Positions 26,287 through 34,799 of a stretch of DNA of 51,537 nucleotides are shown piece after piece. The notes below the pieces were generated by a model. The model did not search any database and had not been told where the DNA came from. It saw only the letters and a list, made by a program, of their open reading frames with translations. How positions within the stretch are numbered: position 1 is the stretch's first letter; the number at the start of each line of letters is the position of its first letter. The translations under genes were made by a program, and so were the position numbers. The stretch spans positions 1 to 51,537 of the forward strand of contig CAMYOO010000008.1 in assembly GCA_947260035.1 (NCBI GenBank), given 5' to 3'. This DNA is from an uncultured delta proteobacterium. GTDB taxonomy: Bacteria > Myxococcota_A > UBA9160 > JAFDET01.

Positions 26287-26404
26287 CAACTAGCGGGGGC
26301 AACTAAGGGGACAGTCCCTTTAGTTGCCGGCGAGCCAGGTCATGATCAAGAATACGGAGATCGGCAACTAAAGGGACTGTCCCCTTAGTTGCCCCCGCTA
26401 GTTG
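26287..26404. repeat. 118-bp nested palindromic element: perfect 43-bp inverted arms (26287-26329 / 26362-26404), 32-nt spacer, each arm containing its own 13-bp hairpin
   Basis: The reverse complement of the left arm equals the right arm at 43/43 positions (checked base by base). Internal palindromes are at 26300-26326 and 26365-26391. The element fills almost all of the 130-nt gap between two convergent genes. Confidence 0.95.
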
Positions 26405-26415
26405 ACGTTGGTTGG

Positions 26416-28140
26416 CTAGAAGCCCAGGGCGAGGCCGTCGCGGCGGGGGTCGTTGCCGCCGTAGCGGTGGCCGGTGGCCGGATCCACGACGACGATCTCC
26501 GCGGCGGACCAGGTGCCTCCGGCTTTCACCGAGTGGCCGCGGGCGCGCAGGCCCTCGGTCACGTCCTCCGGGACGCCATCCTCGACGAAGAGTGTGTCCG
26601 GAACCCACTGGTGATGGATGCGCGGCGTAGAGACGGCGGCCTGGGCGTCCATGCCGAATTCAAGGACGTTGACGATGGTCTGGAGCGTGGTCGAGATGAT
26701 GCGCGGCCCGCCCGGGCTTCCGGTGACCATGCGCACTCGGCCGTCCTCCACCACCACCGTGGGCGTCATGCTGGAGAGCGGCCGCTTGCCGGGAGCGATC
26801 GCATTCGCGCCGCGGGTGTCCACCAGGCCGTAGAGATTGGGCTTGTCGATGTCCTTGGCGAAGTCGTCCATCTCGTTGTTGAGCAGGATGCCCGTGCCCG
26901 GAACCGTGACCCAGGACCCATAGGCCGAGTTGATCGTCTCGGTGATGGCGACAGCATTGCCCTGGGCATCCACCACCGAGAGATGGGTCGTGCCGCCGTC
27001 GTCGGGCGGCTCGCCGGGTCCCTTCACGCGGATCGCGACCTCACCGCGGCCCCAGGTCCACGGCGCGCGCTTCCAGCGCGGCGGGTTGATGCGCGCGCGC
27101 AGCCGCGCGCCGTAGGTCGGGTCGATGAGGAAGCTCACCGGTACGTCCACGAAGTCGGGATCGCCCAGCCACGCGGCGCGGTCCGCGAAGGCCAGCTTCA
27201 GGGCTTCGGCGATGCGGTGGATCGACGCCGACGATCCGGCGCCCAGGGGCTTCAGGTCGAAGCCCTCCAGGATGTTGAGCGCCTGCACCAGGGCGACGCC
27301 GCCGGACGAGGGCGGCGGAAAGCTGACCACCTGACGTCCGCGGTACTGCCCGGTGACGGCGGGGCGCACGACCGGCCGGTACGCGGCCAGGTCCTCCATG
27401 GTGATCAAACCGCCCAGGCGCTTCATCTCGTCGGCGATCGCACGGGCCACCCAGCCCCGGTAGAAGACCTCGGGCCCCTCGGCCGCGATCGCGCGCAGGC
27501 TGCGCCCCAGGTCCTTCTGCACCACGCGGAAGCCGGCGGCGAGCGCTTCCCCTTCGGGGGGATACTGGATCGCGGCAGTCGCCGGGTAGCGCTCCGGGAG
27601 CCCGTACTTCTGCATGCGGCCGAGCAGCCGCGCCTGATAGGGCCCAACGCTGTAACCGCTCTCCGCCAGGCGGATCGCGGGGCGCAGCACTTCGTCCAGG
27701 TGCTGGGTTCCGTACTCGCGCAGCGCCAGGGCGAACCCCGCGAGCAGGCCGGGCGTGCCGGCCGCCAGCGGCCCGAAGAGCGAGGCCTTGTCGTCCACGC
27801 CCTCGCGCAGATACATATCGCGGGTCGCTGCGGCCGGCGCCGTCTCGCGGCAGTCGATGGCCACGGCGGTGCCGTCGGCCAACCGGATCAGCACGAAGGC
27901 GCCGCCCCCGATTCCCGTGGACTGGGGCTGGGTCACGTTGAGGGCGAAGCCCGCCGCGATGGCCGCGTCGATGGCGTTTCCCCCGGCCCGCAGCACGGCG
28001 ACGCCGGCGCGGGTCGCGTCGACCTGGGACGTCACCACCATCGCCTCGCGACCCAAGGCCGGCGCACGCGTGGCCGCACGGGCCGGCAGGGCGAGCACGA
28101 GCAGCGCCGCGGCGGCGAGCACGGGGCGGAGGCGCGTCAT
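26416..28140 (-). CDS. ggt: Gamma-glutamyltranspeptidase
   Basis: GGTTHLSVVD (autoprocessing Thr nucleophile), GSPGGPRII, and a signal peptide. Confidence 0.95.
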   Translation of the reverse strand: MTRLRPVLAAAALLVLALPARAATRAPALGREAMVVTSQVDATRAGVAVLRAGGNAIDAAIAAGFALNVTQPQSTGIGGGAFVLIRLADGTAVAIDCRETAPAAATRDMYLREGVDDKASLFGPLAAGTPGLLAGFALALREYGTQHLDEVLRPAIRLAESGYSVGPYQARLLGRMQKYGLPERYPATAAIQYPPEGEALAAGFRVVQKDLGRSLRAIAAEGPEVFYRGWVARAIADEMKRLGGLITMEDLAAYRPVVRPAVTGQYRGRQVVSFPPPSSGGVALVQALNILEGFDLKPLGAGSSASIHRIAEALKLAFADRAAWLGDPDFVDVPVSFLIDPTYGARLRARINPPRWKRAPWTWGRGEVAIRVKGPGEPPDDGGTTHLSVVDAQGNAVAITETINSAYGSWVTVPGTGILLNNEMDDFAKDIDKPNLYGLVDTRGANAIAPGKRPLSSMTPTVVVEDGRVRMVTGSPGGPRIISTTLQTIVNVLEFGMDAQAAVSTPRIHHQWVPDTLFVEDGVPEDVTEGLRARGHSVKAGGTWSAAEIVVVDPATGHRYGGNDPRRDGLALGF

Positions 28141-28159
28141 GGCGAGGACGCTACCACGC

Positions 28160-28188
28160 TTGACAGGCCGCGCGCGCGCCCGTACCCA
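28160..28188 (+). promoter_or_regulatory. Candidate sigma70-type promoter for the cyclophilin gene
   Basis: TTGACA-N17-TACCCA in the divergent ggt/ppi spacer. AGGGGGA lies upstream of ATG 28212. The -10 element is weak. Confidence 0.3.
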
Positions 28189-28211
28189 GTCGCCTCACAG
28201 GGGGAATTCGT

Positions 28212-28763
28212 ATGCGCAGAAGTCTCGTCATCGGCGTCGCGCTGCTGCTGGCCGTGGCAGCGAGCTGCTCGCAGCCGAGCGGGCGCGGAGCCGCCATCGG
28301 GGTGGACGGATTCGGCGTCATCGAGATCGAGTTCCTGCCCGACAAGGCGCCGAAAAGCGTGGCCAACTTCATCGAGCTGGCGCAGAAGGGCTACTACGAC
28401 GGCACGACCTTCCACCGCATCATCCCCGGCTTCATGATCCAGGGCGGCGACCCCCTGACCAAGAACGACAATCCCCTGGACGACGGCATGGGCGGCCCCG
28501 GCAAGGGCATCGCCGATGAGTTCAGCGACGCGAAGCACGTGCGCGGAACCGTCTCCATGGCCAACAAGGGCTACCCCAACTCGGCCGGCAGCCAGTTCTT
28601 CATCGTGGTCGCCGACTCGACCCACCTGGATGGCAAGTACACGGCCTTCGCCCGGGTAACCCAGGGGATGGAGGTCGCCGACGCCATCGTCGCGGTCGAA
28701 GCGGACGGACGCTCCCGCCCACTCGAGAACGTGGTGGTACGCTCGGTGACCATCCTGAAGTAG
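28212..28763 (+). CDS. Cyclophilin-type peptidyl-prolyl cis-trans isomerase, lipoprotein
   Basis: FHRIIPGFMIQGGDP...GTVSMAN.G.PNSAGSQFFI. Lipobox AVAASC. Confidence 0.94.
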   Translation: MRRSLVIGVALLLAVAASCSQPSGRGAAIGVDGFGVIEIEFLPDKAPKSVANFIELAQKGYYDGTTFHRIIPGFMIQGGDPLTKNDNPLDDGMGGPGKGIADEFSDAKHVRGTVSMANKGYPNSAGSQFFIVVADSTHLDGKYTAFARVTQGMEVADAIVAVEADGRSRPLENVVVRSVTILK

Positions 28764-28850
28764 GGCACGATCCCTGCTGCGGACCCGCTCGCAACCCCAC
28801 ATCCGGCGACTGGCCCCGACCCCGGCCCGGGGCTAGATTCCCGCCTCCGT

Positions 28851-28926
28851 GGCCCGGTAGCTCAGTTGGTAGAGCACGCGACTGAAAATCGCGGTGTCGA
28901 CAGTTCGATTCTGTCCTGGGCCACCA
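28851..28926 (+). tRNA. tRNA-Phe (GAA), CCA encoded
   Basis: Cloverleaf folded by hand: acceptor ggcccgg/ctgggcc (one G.U), D-arm agctcagttggtagagc, anticodon stem cgcga/tcgcg with loop ctGAAaa, T-arm gacag-ttcgatt-ctgtc, discriminator A, then CCA. Confidence 0.93.
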
Positions 28927-28969
28927 CGGGTTCCGCGTGCGCATTCCGGCTCCGCCGGCCGCGCCGCGC

Positions 28970-30213
28970 TCACAGGTCGATTACGGCCTGGAGCCCCAGC
29001 GCCACGGCGTTGCTGCGACTCCGGTGCGGGTCGAAGAAGAGCTGCAGGCTGGGCTGGAGCCGCAGCCAGTCCGTGATCCGGGCGCGGTAGGTGAGCTCCA
29101 GCGTCGTCTGCTGGTCCGTGAGATCCAGGCCCTCCCTCGCCGTAGCGTCCAGGTAATCCCTGCTGAACGTCGTGTGGACCACGGCCAGTGCGACGGCGTC
29201 GCGATCGCGGCCGGGCAACGGGCCGAACCAGGTCAGGCCGAGGTCCACGTACCAATGCTGGACGGATCGATCTTGCCGCGGGACGTAGATGACCCGGGCG
29301 AAGGCGCCGAGCAGCGTCGAGTCCTGCGCGTCGAGAACCAGGGCCTGGTCCACCATCCCGTAGAACCCGTGGTTCTCGTCGACCAGCCGCCCGGATTCCC
29401 AGAGTAGATCCTTGGACGTCGCGAAGACAGCTCCGACGCTGTAGCTGGAGGGAAGGCCGAAGGGACGACGCTCCGTGGTGATCTCGCCCAGCATGAAGGC
29501 GCCGTTGTCGAAGCCCCAGTCGAAGCCGATGTTGTCGGACTCGTCCAGGCCCGGGTCGGCCGTATAGAAGCCGAAGCGCGCGCGCCACTTCTCCCCGAAC
29601 CGCGCCGACACCACCGCGCCAGGAGCCGCAACCGGATAGAAGGGAGCGAAGGGGCTGGCGCGGCCCACGGAGAAGCTGCCCAGGTTGGCGTTCCGGAACA
29701 CCCCGGAGTACTCGGAAACGAAGAAGTCGCGATCGGCGAGGAGTTGGCCGACCTTGACCTGCACCCGTCCCCCGACCAGCTGCTGCTCCAGGTAGATCTC
29801 GAGGAAGCGGAACGAGCGCTCCGCCTCCAGGCCACTGACGGCGCTGGCCGGGAACTGTCCGATCAGGTCGTCCGAAGGCTGGCCGCCGTGGTAGGCCGTC
29901 CAGCTCATGCGAAAGCGCGCGCCGGTCCAGCCCCCGCATCGACCCCCCAGTACGCGAAGCCCTCGTACCGCGCTCCGGTGGCGAAGCCGCCGCGCAGGTT
30001 CGACCACACACCCGCCACGTAGCGGGCGAACGGATCCAGGCCGCGGTCGGCGAGCCGCTGGCGCGCACCGCCCCACTCGCCGCTGAGGCCGAACTCCTCG
30101 CTGCGGCTCTGGCCGGACGCATCCACCGCCGGCAGCAGGAACAGGCTGGCTGCGACCAGTGCGCGGGCCACGCGGGGGCGGATACCCGGGCCGGCCCGCT
30201 CGCGCTTCCCCAT
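28970..30213 (-). pseudogene. OprB-family carbohydrate-selective porin, interrupted by a 1-nt frame change at a G5 (C5 on +) run
   Basis: The N-terminal ORF 29905-30213 carries a signal peptide, LSGEWGGARQRLADRGL and NLRGG. The remainder (WTGARFRMSWTAYHGG...FDPHRS...) is in the -1 frame from about 29930. Adding one G to the run at 29931-29935 gives ...YWGVDAGGWTGARF.... Confidence 0.8.
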
Positions 30214-30336
30214 CGGCGCCCCCTTCCCCGCGCAGTCTACCCGCTCGCCCCGGCCTCGTGCCGTGGGCTATAGAGGGACTGGAGGTCCGGAGCCGAGAAC
30301 CATCCTCTCGCGCCTCGCCCACGAGGAGCCATCCGC

Positions 30337-30954
30337 TTGCAGGACCGGGACGACCAGCGCACCGCGTGCATCGAATGCGATCTGCTCGTCTCGGTCGCCG
30401 ACGTGGCCGAGGGCCAGCGGGCCGCCTGCCCTCGCTGCGGCCACGTGCTCACCTCGCTCAGCGAGGACGGCCACAACCGCTCGCTGGCGTTCGCCCTGGC
30501 GGCGGTCGTACTGCTGCTGATGTCCAACGCCTTTCCGTTCCTGGAGCTGAAGGCCAGCGGCCTCGAGAAGGTGATGACGCTGCCCAACAGCGCCGTGGAG
30601 CTGTACCGGGACGGCTACACGACGTTGGCGGTGCTGGTGCTCGGCCCGATCATTGGCATCCCCTCCCTGATGCTCGTCACGCTGATGGCCCTGCTGGTGC
30701 CCCTGCGGAAGCGACGCGCCGTTCCCTGGCTCGTCCCGGCGGGCCGGTTCTTCTTCTTCCTGAACCCCTGGAGCATGGTGGAGGTGTTCCTGATCGGCGT
30801 CCTGGTCAGCCTGGTGAAGATCGGGGCCATGGCGACGGTGGTGATCGGGATCTCGTTCTACTCCTACGTGGCGTTCGCGATCTGCTTCACCGCCGCTCTC
30901 GCCAACCTGGATCGGCTCCAGCTGTGGCGCGAGATCGAAGCGTGCAGAGCATGA
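30337..30954 (+). CDS. pqiA: PqiA-family inner-membrane protein, first half-gene
   Basis: CIECDLLV...CPRCGH zinc-ribbon-like motif followed by TM helices. GAGGAG lies 10 nt upstream of the TTG start. Confidence 0.82.
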   Translation: MQDRDDQRTACIECDLLVSVADVAEGQRAACPRCGHVLTSLSEDGHNRSLAFALAAVVLLLMSNAFPFLELKASGLEKVMTLPNSAVELYRDGYTTLAVLVLGPIIGIPSLMLVTLMALLVPLRKRRAVPWLVPAGRFFFFLNPWSMVEVFLIGVLVSLVKIGAMATVVIGISFYSYVAFAICFTAALANLDRLQLWREIEACRA

Positions 30955-31583
30955 GCGCCGCCTACCCCAGCGGAACCGCCGCGGCGGAGGGGCTGGCCTG
31001 CTGCCACGTCTGCTACAAGCTGGCGTCGGCCGATCTGCACGAGTGCCCGCTGTGCGGCAGCTCGCTGCACGTGCGCAAGCCCGACAGCATCCAACGCACC
31101 GTGGCGCTGCTGATCACCGCCAGCCTGCTCTACATCCCGGCCAACATCCTGCCGATCATGACCACCACCCAGCTCGGGAATCCCCTCGACAGCACGATCA
31201 TCGGCGGCGTGGTCCTGCTGATCCACCACGAGTCGTACCCGATCGCGGCGGTCATCTTCATCGCCAGCGTGATGGTGCCGCTGAGCAAGCTCATCGCCAT
31301 CAGCTGGCTGTGTTGGAGCGTGTCGCGCCGGCACGGAGCCTCCCACCAGCAGCGCACCCGCCTCTACCGCGCGGCGGAGCTGGTGGGGAAGTGGTCCATG
31401 ACGGATGTGTTCGTGGTTGCCATACTCGTGGCCCTGATTCACCTGGGCGGCCTGCTTCGGATCACCCCCGGCGCGGCGGCCGTGGCCTTCGGCGGAGTGG
31501 TGATCGTGACGATGCTGGCGGCGGAGAGCTTCGATCCCAGGCTCATCTGGGACGAGCTGGGCGACGAGGACCAAGATGGCTGA
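30951..31583 (+). CDS. pqiA: PqiA-family inner-membrane protein, second half-gene
   Basis: CHVCYKL...CPLCGS motif followed by TM helices. ATGA overlap with the first half. Confidence 0.82.
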   Translation: MSAAYPSGTAAAEGLACCHVCYKLASADLHECPLCGSSLHVRKPDSIQRTVALLITASLLYIPANILPIMTTTQLGNPLDSTIIGGVVLLIHHESYPIAAVIFIASVMVPLSKLIAISWLCWSVSRRHGASHQQRTRLYRAAELVGKWSMTDVFVVAILVALIHLGGLLRITPGAAAVAFGGVVIVTMLAAESFDPRLIWDELGDEDQDG

Positions 31584-33168
31584 GGCCCGGGCCGACATCA
31601 GCGAGCGCAAGCGCATCTCCGCCATCTGGATCGTTCCGATCGTGGCCCTGGTGCTCGGGGCCTGGATGATCGTCTACACCATCCAGAACCGGGGCCCCGA
31701 GATCACGATCACCTTCACCACGGCGGAGGGCATCGAGGCCGGCAAGACCAAGGTCAAGATCCGCAACGTGGAGATCGGCCTGGTGGGGAGCGTCGGCCTC
31801 GTCGAGGACCTGAAGAGCGTCGTGATGACGGCCCAGCTCGAGAAGGACGTCACGCCGCTGCTGCGCGAGGACACCCAGTTCTGGGTGGTGCGCCCCCGGG
31901 TCGGTGCGGGCGGCGTCTCCGGGCTCGGCACCCTGCTCTCCGGCGGCTACATCCAGCTGGCGCCGGGCGAAGGCGCCGAGGGGCGTCGCGACTTCGTGGG
32001 TCTGGAAGACCCGCCGGTGACGCCGGCCGGCACGCCCGGACTCCACTTCAGGCTGGTAAGCGATGAGGCCGGCTCGGTCAGCACCGGCGACCCCATCATC
32101 TACAAGGGCTTCACCGTCGGCCGCATCGAGACCGACGAGTTCGACGTGGAGAGCCAGAAGATGCACTATGGCGCCTTCATCGCTGCGCCGTACGACGACC
32201 TGGTGAACTCCGCAACGCACTTCTGGGACGCCAGCGGGGTGTCCTTGAGCGCCACCGCCGACGGGATCGAGCTGACCACCGGGTCGCTCCAGACCCTGCT
32301 GATCGGCGGCATCACCTTCGGCCTTCCGACCGGCGTGGGGCCCGGCGGGCCCGTGGAGGCGGACACGACCTTCCGCCTCTACCCGGACCGCCAGAGCATG
32401 GACGCCCAGCCCTACGAGCGCTCGCTGGAGTACGTGGTGCAGTTCGACCAGTCCGTGCGAGGCCTCAAGCCCGGCGCGCCCGTGGAGTACCGGGGCATCC
32501 TCATCGGTCGCGTGGAGCGCGTCCTGCTGCAGGAGCTGGCCGGCAACCTGCGCGGTCAGGGCAACCCGATCCCGGTCCTGATCCGCTTGGAGCCGGGGCG
32601 ACTGACGCTGCCCGACTCCGAGGAAGGTGTCACCACGCTTTCGGAAGCGGTGGCCAACGCGGTGGGCATAGGGCTGCGCGCCAGCCTGGTGACCGGAAGC
32701 CTGCTGACAGGGAGCCTGTTCGTCTCCATGGACATCTACCCGAACGAGCCGCCCGCGGAGATGGGCACCTGGCACGACCGCCCCACCATCCCCACGATTG
32801 CCAGCGGCCTGGAGGGCATCCAGCACAAGATCTCAGCCCTGCTGGACAAGCTGAACGCGCTGCCGCTGGAAGACATCACCGAGTCCGCCGCAGGCGCTGT
32901 GGCCAACCTCGAGGCAATCCTGGCCAGCCAGGCCCTCCAGGAAATGCCGCTGGCGCTGGAGGCCACCGTCGAGGAGCTCCGCGACGTGCTGGACTCCGTC
33001 TCCAGCGACTCGGAGCTTCACGAGCGGCTGATGCGCACCACCACGGAGCTGAACCGCACCCTGCGCAGCATGCGCGAGCTGATGGACACCCTGGACGACC
33101 AGCCCAGCTCCGTGATCTTCGGCGGGGAGCAGCTCAAGGACCCCGCACCACCGGCAGGAACCCAATGA
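31576..33168 (+). CDS. pqiB: PqiB (multi-MCE-domain intermembrane transport protein)
   Basis: N-terminal TM helix (ISAIWIVPIVALVLGAWMIV), repeated MCE domains (G..AGKT.V..R.V.IG.V) and a C-terminal helical region. Confidence 0.9.
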   Translation: MAEARADISERKRISAIWIVPIVALVLGAWMIVYTIQNRGPEITITFTTAEGIEAGKTKVKIRNVEIGLVGSVGLVEDLKSVVMTAQLEKDVTPLLREDTQFWVVRPRVGAGGVSGLGTLLSGGYIQLAPGEGAEGRRDFVGLEDPPVTPAGTPGLHFRLVSDEAGSVSTGDPIIYKGFTVGRIETDEFDVESQKMHYGAFIAAPYDDLVNSATHFWDASGVSLSATADGIELTTGSLQTLLIGGITFGLPTGVGPGGPVEADTTFRLYPDRQSMDAQPYERSLEYVVQFDQSVRGLKPGAPVEYRGILIGRVERVLLQELAGNLRGQGNPIPVLIRLEPGRLTLPDSEEGVTTLSEAVANAVGIGLRASLVTGSLLTGSLFVSMDIYPNEPPAEMGTWHDRPTIPTIASGLEGIQHKISALLDKLNALPLEDITESAAGAVANLEAILASQALQEMPLALEATVEELRDVLDSVSSDSELHERLMRTTTELNRTLRSMRELMDTLDDQPSSVIFGGEQLKDPAPPAGTQ

Positions 33169-33731
33169 GAGCCATCGCCCTCGCCTCCATGCTGCTTCTG
33201 CTCGCCTGCGGCGGATCCGCGCCCGCGCGCACCCAGTACCTGCTGCGCTCCCAGGCGCCGGCGGGAACCGTCCAGGTACAGGTTCCCGCCCGGGTCGGAC
33301 TGGGGCGGGTGGTGGTGGCGCCGTACCTGGACCAGACCGGCATCATGATGGAGACGGCGCCCAACGAGGTGACGCCGGCCCAGTACCACACCTGGGCCGA
33401 GCCCCTGCACGAAGGCGCCCTGGTGTTCCTGCGGGCCGAGCTTTCGGCTGCCCTCGGCGAGGACGTGAGCTTCGACCCGTCGGATCGCACCCTGTGGAAG
33501 TACGCCGTGGAGGTCTTCGTCGAGCAGCTCCACGGCACCATGACCGGGCAGGCGGTGCTGGTCGCCTCCTACCGCATCACGCCGCGTGAAGGGGCAGCGC
33601 GCTCGGGGTACCGCTTCTCGCGCTCGGCGCCCCTGGCCAGCGAGGGCTACAGCGGCCTGGTGGACGCCGAGGCCGGCCTGCTCCGGGACCTGGCCGCGGC
33701 GATCGCCGGCTCGATCCGCGAGCAGCCGTAG
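33165..33731 (+). CDS. pqiC: PqiC/YmbA-type ABC-transport auxiliary lipoprotein (DUF330)
   Basis: Lipobox LLLLAC. Typical size and position directly after pqiB with an ATGA overlap. Confidence 0.8.
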   Translation: MRAIALASMLLLLACGGSAPARTQYLLRSQAPAGTVQVQVPARVGLGRVVVAPYLDQTGIMMETAPNEVTPAQYHTWAEPLHEGALVFLRAELSAALGEDVSFDPSDRTLWKYAVEVFVEQLHGTMTGQAVLVASYRITPREGAARSGYRFSRSAPLASEGYSGLVDAEAGLLRDLAAAIAGSIREQP

Positions 33732-33758
33732 GACGACGCCCGGCGTCCCTTCGCCGAT

Positions 33759-34796
33759 TCAGGACCGCCAGCGCCAGACGGCGCCGAGGATCGGGCCGTG
33801 CGCCACCAGGTCGAGCTGGTTCACGCCCCGGTCCAGGTCCACGCCGATGGCCCGATAGCCGATCTGCAGCGACCAGCTCTCGCCGAAGTGCCAGTCGACC
33901 ACACCCAGCGCCTGCCAGGTCACGTCGGCGGCCGAGCCGATGCCGAAGCCGCCCACGTCCGCAGAGGCGGTCAGCGTGAAGCTCCGCGCGACGTCGACGG
34001 AGGTGCGCAGACCGATCACGGCATCGACCCAGTCCAGGGTGGTCTCGAAGTCCTCGTCGAGACCGCCCACCGTGACGCCCGGAACCTTCACGTCACCGAA
34101 GTTGAGCCGCGACTGCCCCGGGCCGGGGCCGCTGACTCCCACCGCCGTCGACACGGTGAAGCCGGGCACCGAGATCGGCGGCACCGAGACGTCGGCGTCC
34201 ATGTTCACGTTCCAGTAGCGGGCGCCGGCGAAGAGATCGAGGATCAGCCGCCGGGGGTCGTCCGCCGCGGCCTCACCGAACAGCGCGCCCACGGGCGTGG
34301 CGAGCAGTCGGTAGCCACCGTACAGGCCGAACAGCAGAAGCCGCGTATCCACCTCCACGTCCACTGGTCCCACCAGCGCGGAGACCTGCGGCACGCTGAC
34401 GCCCACGCCAGCGGAGCCGCGGCCGCGCGGCCCGATGGACGTGCCGGCCGTCGCCGTGGCGGGTCCGAAGCTGACCGTGACCGGACCCGCCGAGACGTCG
34501 TCCTCGAGCAGCGCGCCCAGGCCGTCGACGACGCCGAACCAGCGGCCCTTGCGGGCCTCCGCGCGACCCATCAGGCCGAAGTTGAGCTTGTCGACGATGT
34601 CCTTGAAAGACGTGTCGATGTCCACCGTCATGTCGTCGATGGTGGCGTCGCCATTCATGGAGATGCCCCACAGATACGGGGCCACGGAGATCTCCCAGCC
34701 CGAGTCGTCGGCGGACGCAGCGGCGTCCCCCGCCCGCGCCACGCCGGGATCCGGCAGCAGCGCGAGCAGCATCACGGTCCACCCGATACGGCTCAC
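33759..34796 (-). CDS. Predicted outer-membrane beta-barrel protein of unknown function
   Basis: Signal peptide, then alternating hydrophobic beta-strand pattern (ISVAPYLWGISMNGD..., FGLYGGYRL, WSLQIGYRAIGVD). GTG start lies 3 nt after the MBL gene stop. Confidence 0.65.
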   Translation of the reverse strand: MSRIGWTVMLLALLPDPGVARAGDAAASADDSGWEISVAPYLWGISMNGDATIDDMTVDIDTSFKDIVDKLNFGLMGRAEARKGRWFGVVDGLGALLEDDVSAGPVTVSFGPATATAGTSIGPRGRGSAGVGVSVPQVSALVGPVDVEVDTRLLLFGLYGGYRLLATPVGALFGEAAADDPRRLILDLFAGARYWNVNMDADVSVPPISVPGFTVSTAVGVSGPGPGQSRLNFGDVKVPGVTVGGLDEDFETTLDWVDAVIGLRTSVDVARSFTLTASADVGGFGIGSAADVTWQALGVVDWHFGESWSLQIGYRAIGVDLDRGVNQLDLVAHGPILGAVWRWRS

Positions 34797-34799
34797 GCG

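Noticed and set aside
26303-26608. 101-aa ORF crossing the nested palindrome and the ggt 3' end
   Set aside because: It overlaps ggt out of frame, has junk composition, and its C-terminus is just a translation of the palindrome.
28851-30336. tRNA-Phe as an integration site for a genomic island
   Set aside because: No integrase or recombinase is present, no direct repeat of the tRNA 3' end was noticed downstream, and the flanking genes (porin, pqi) are ordinary envelope genes.
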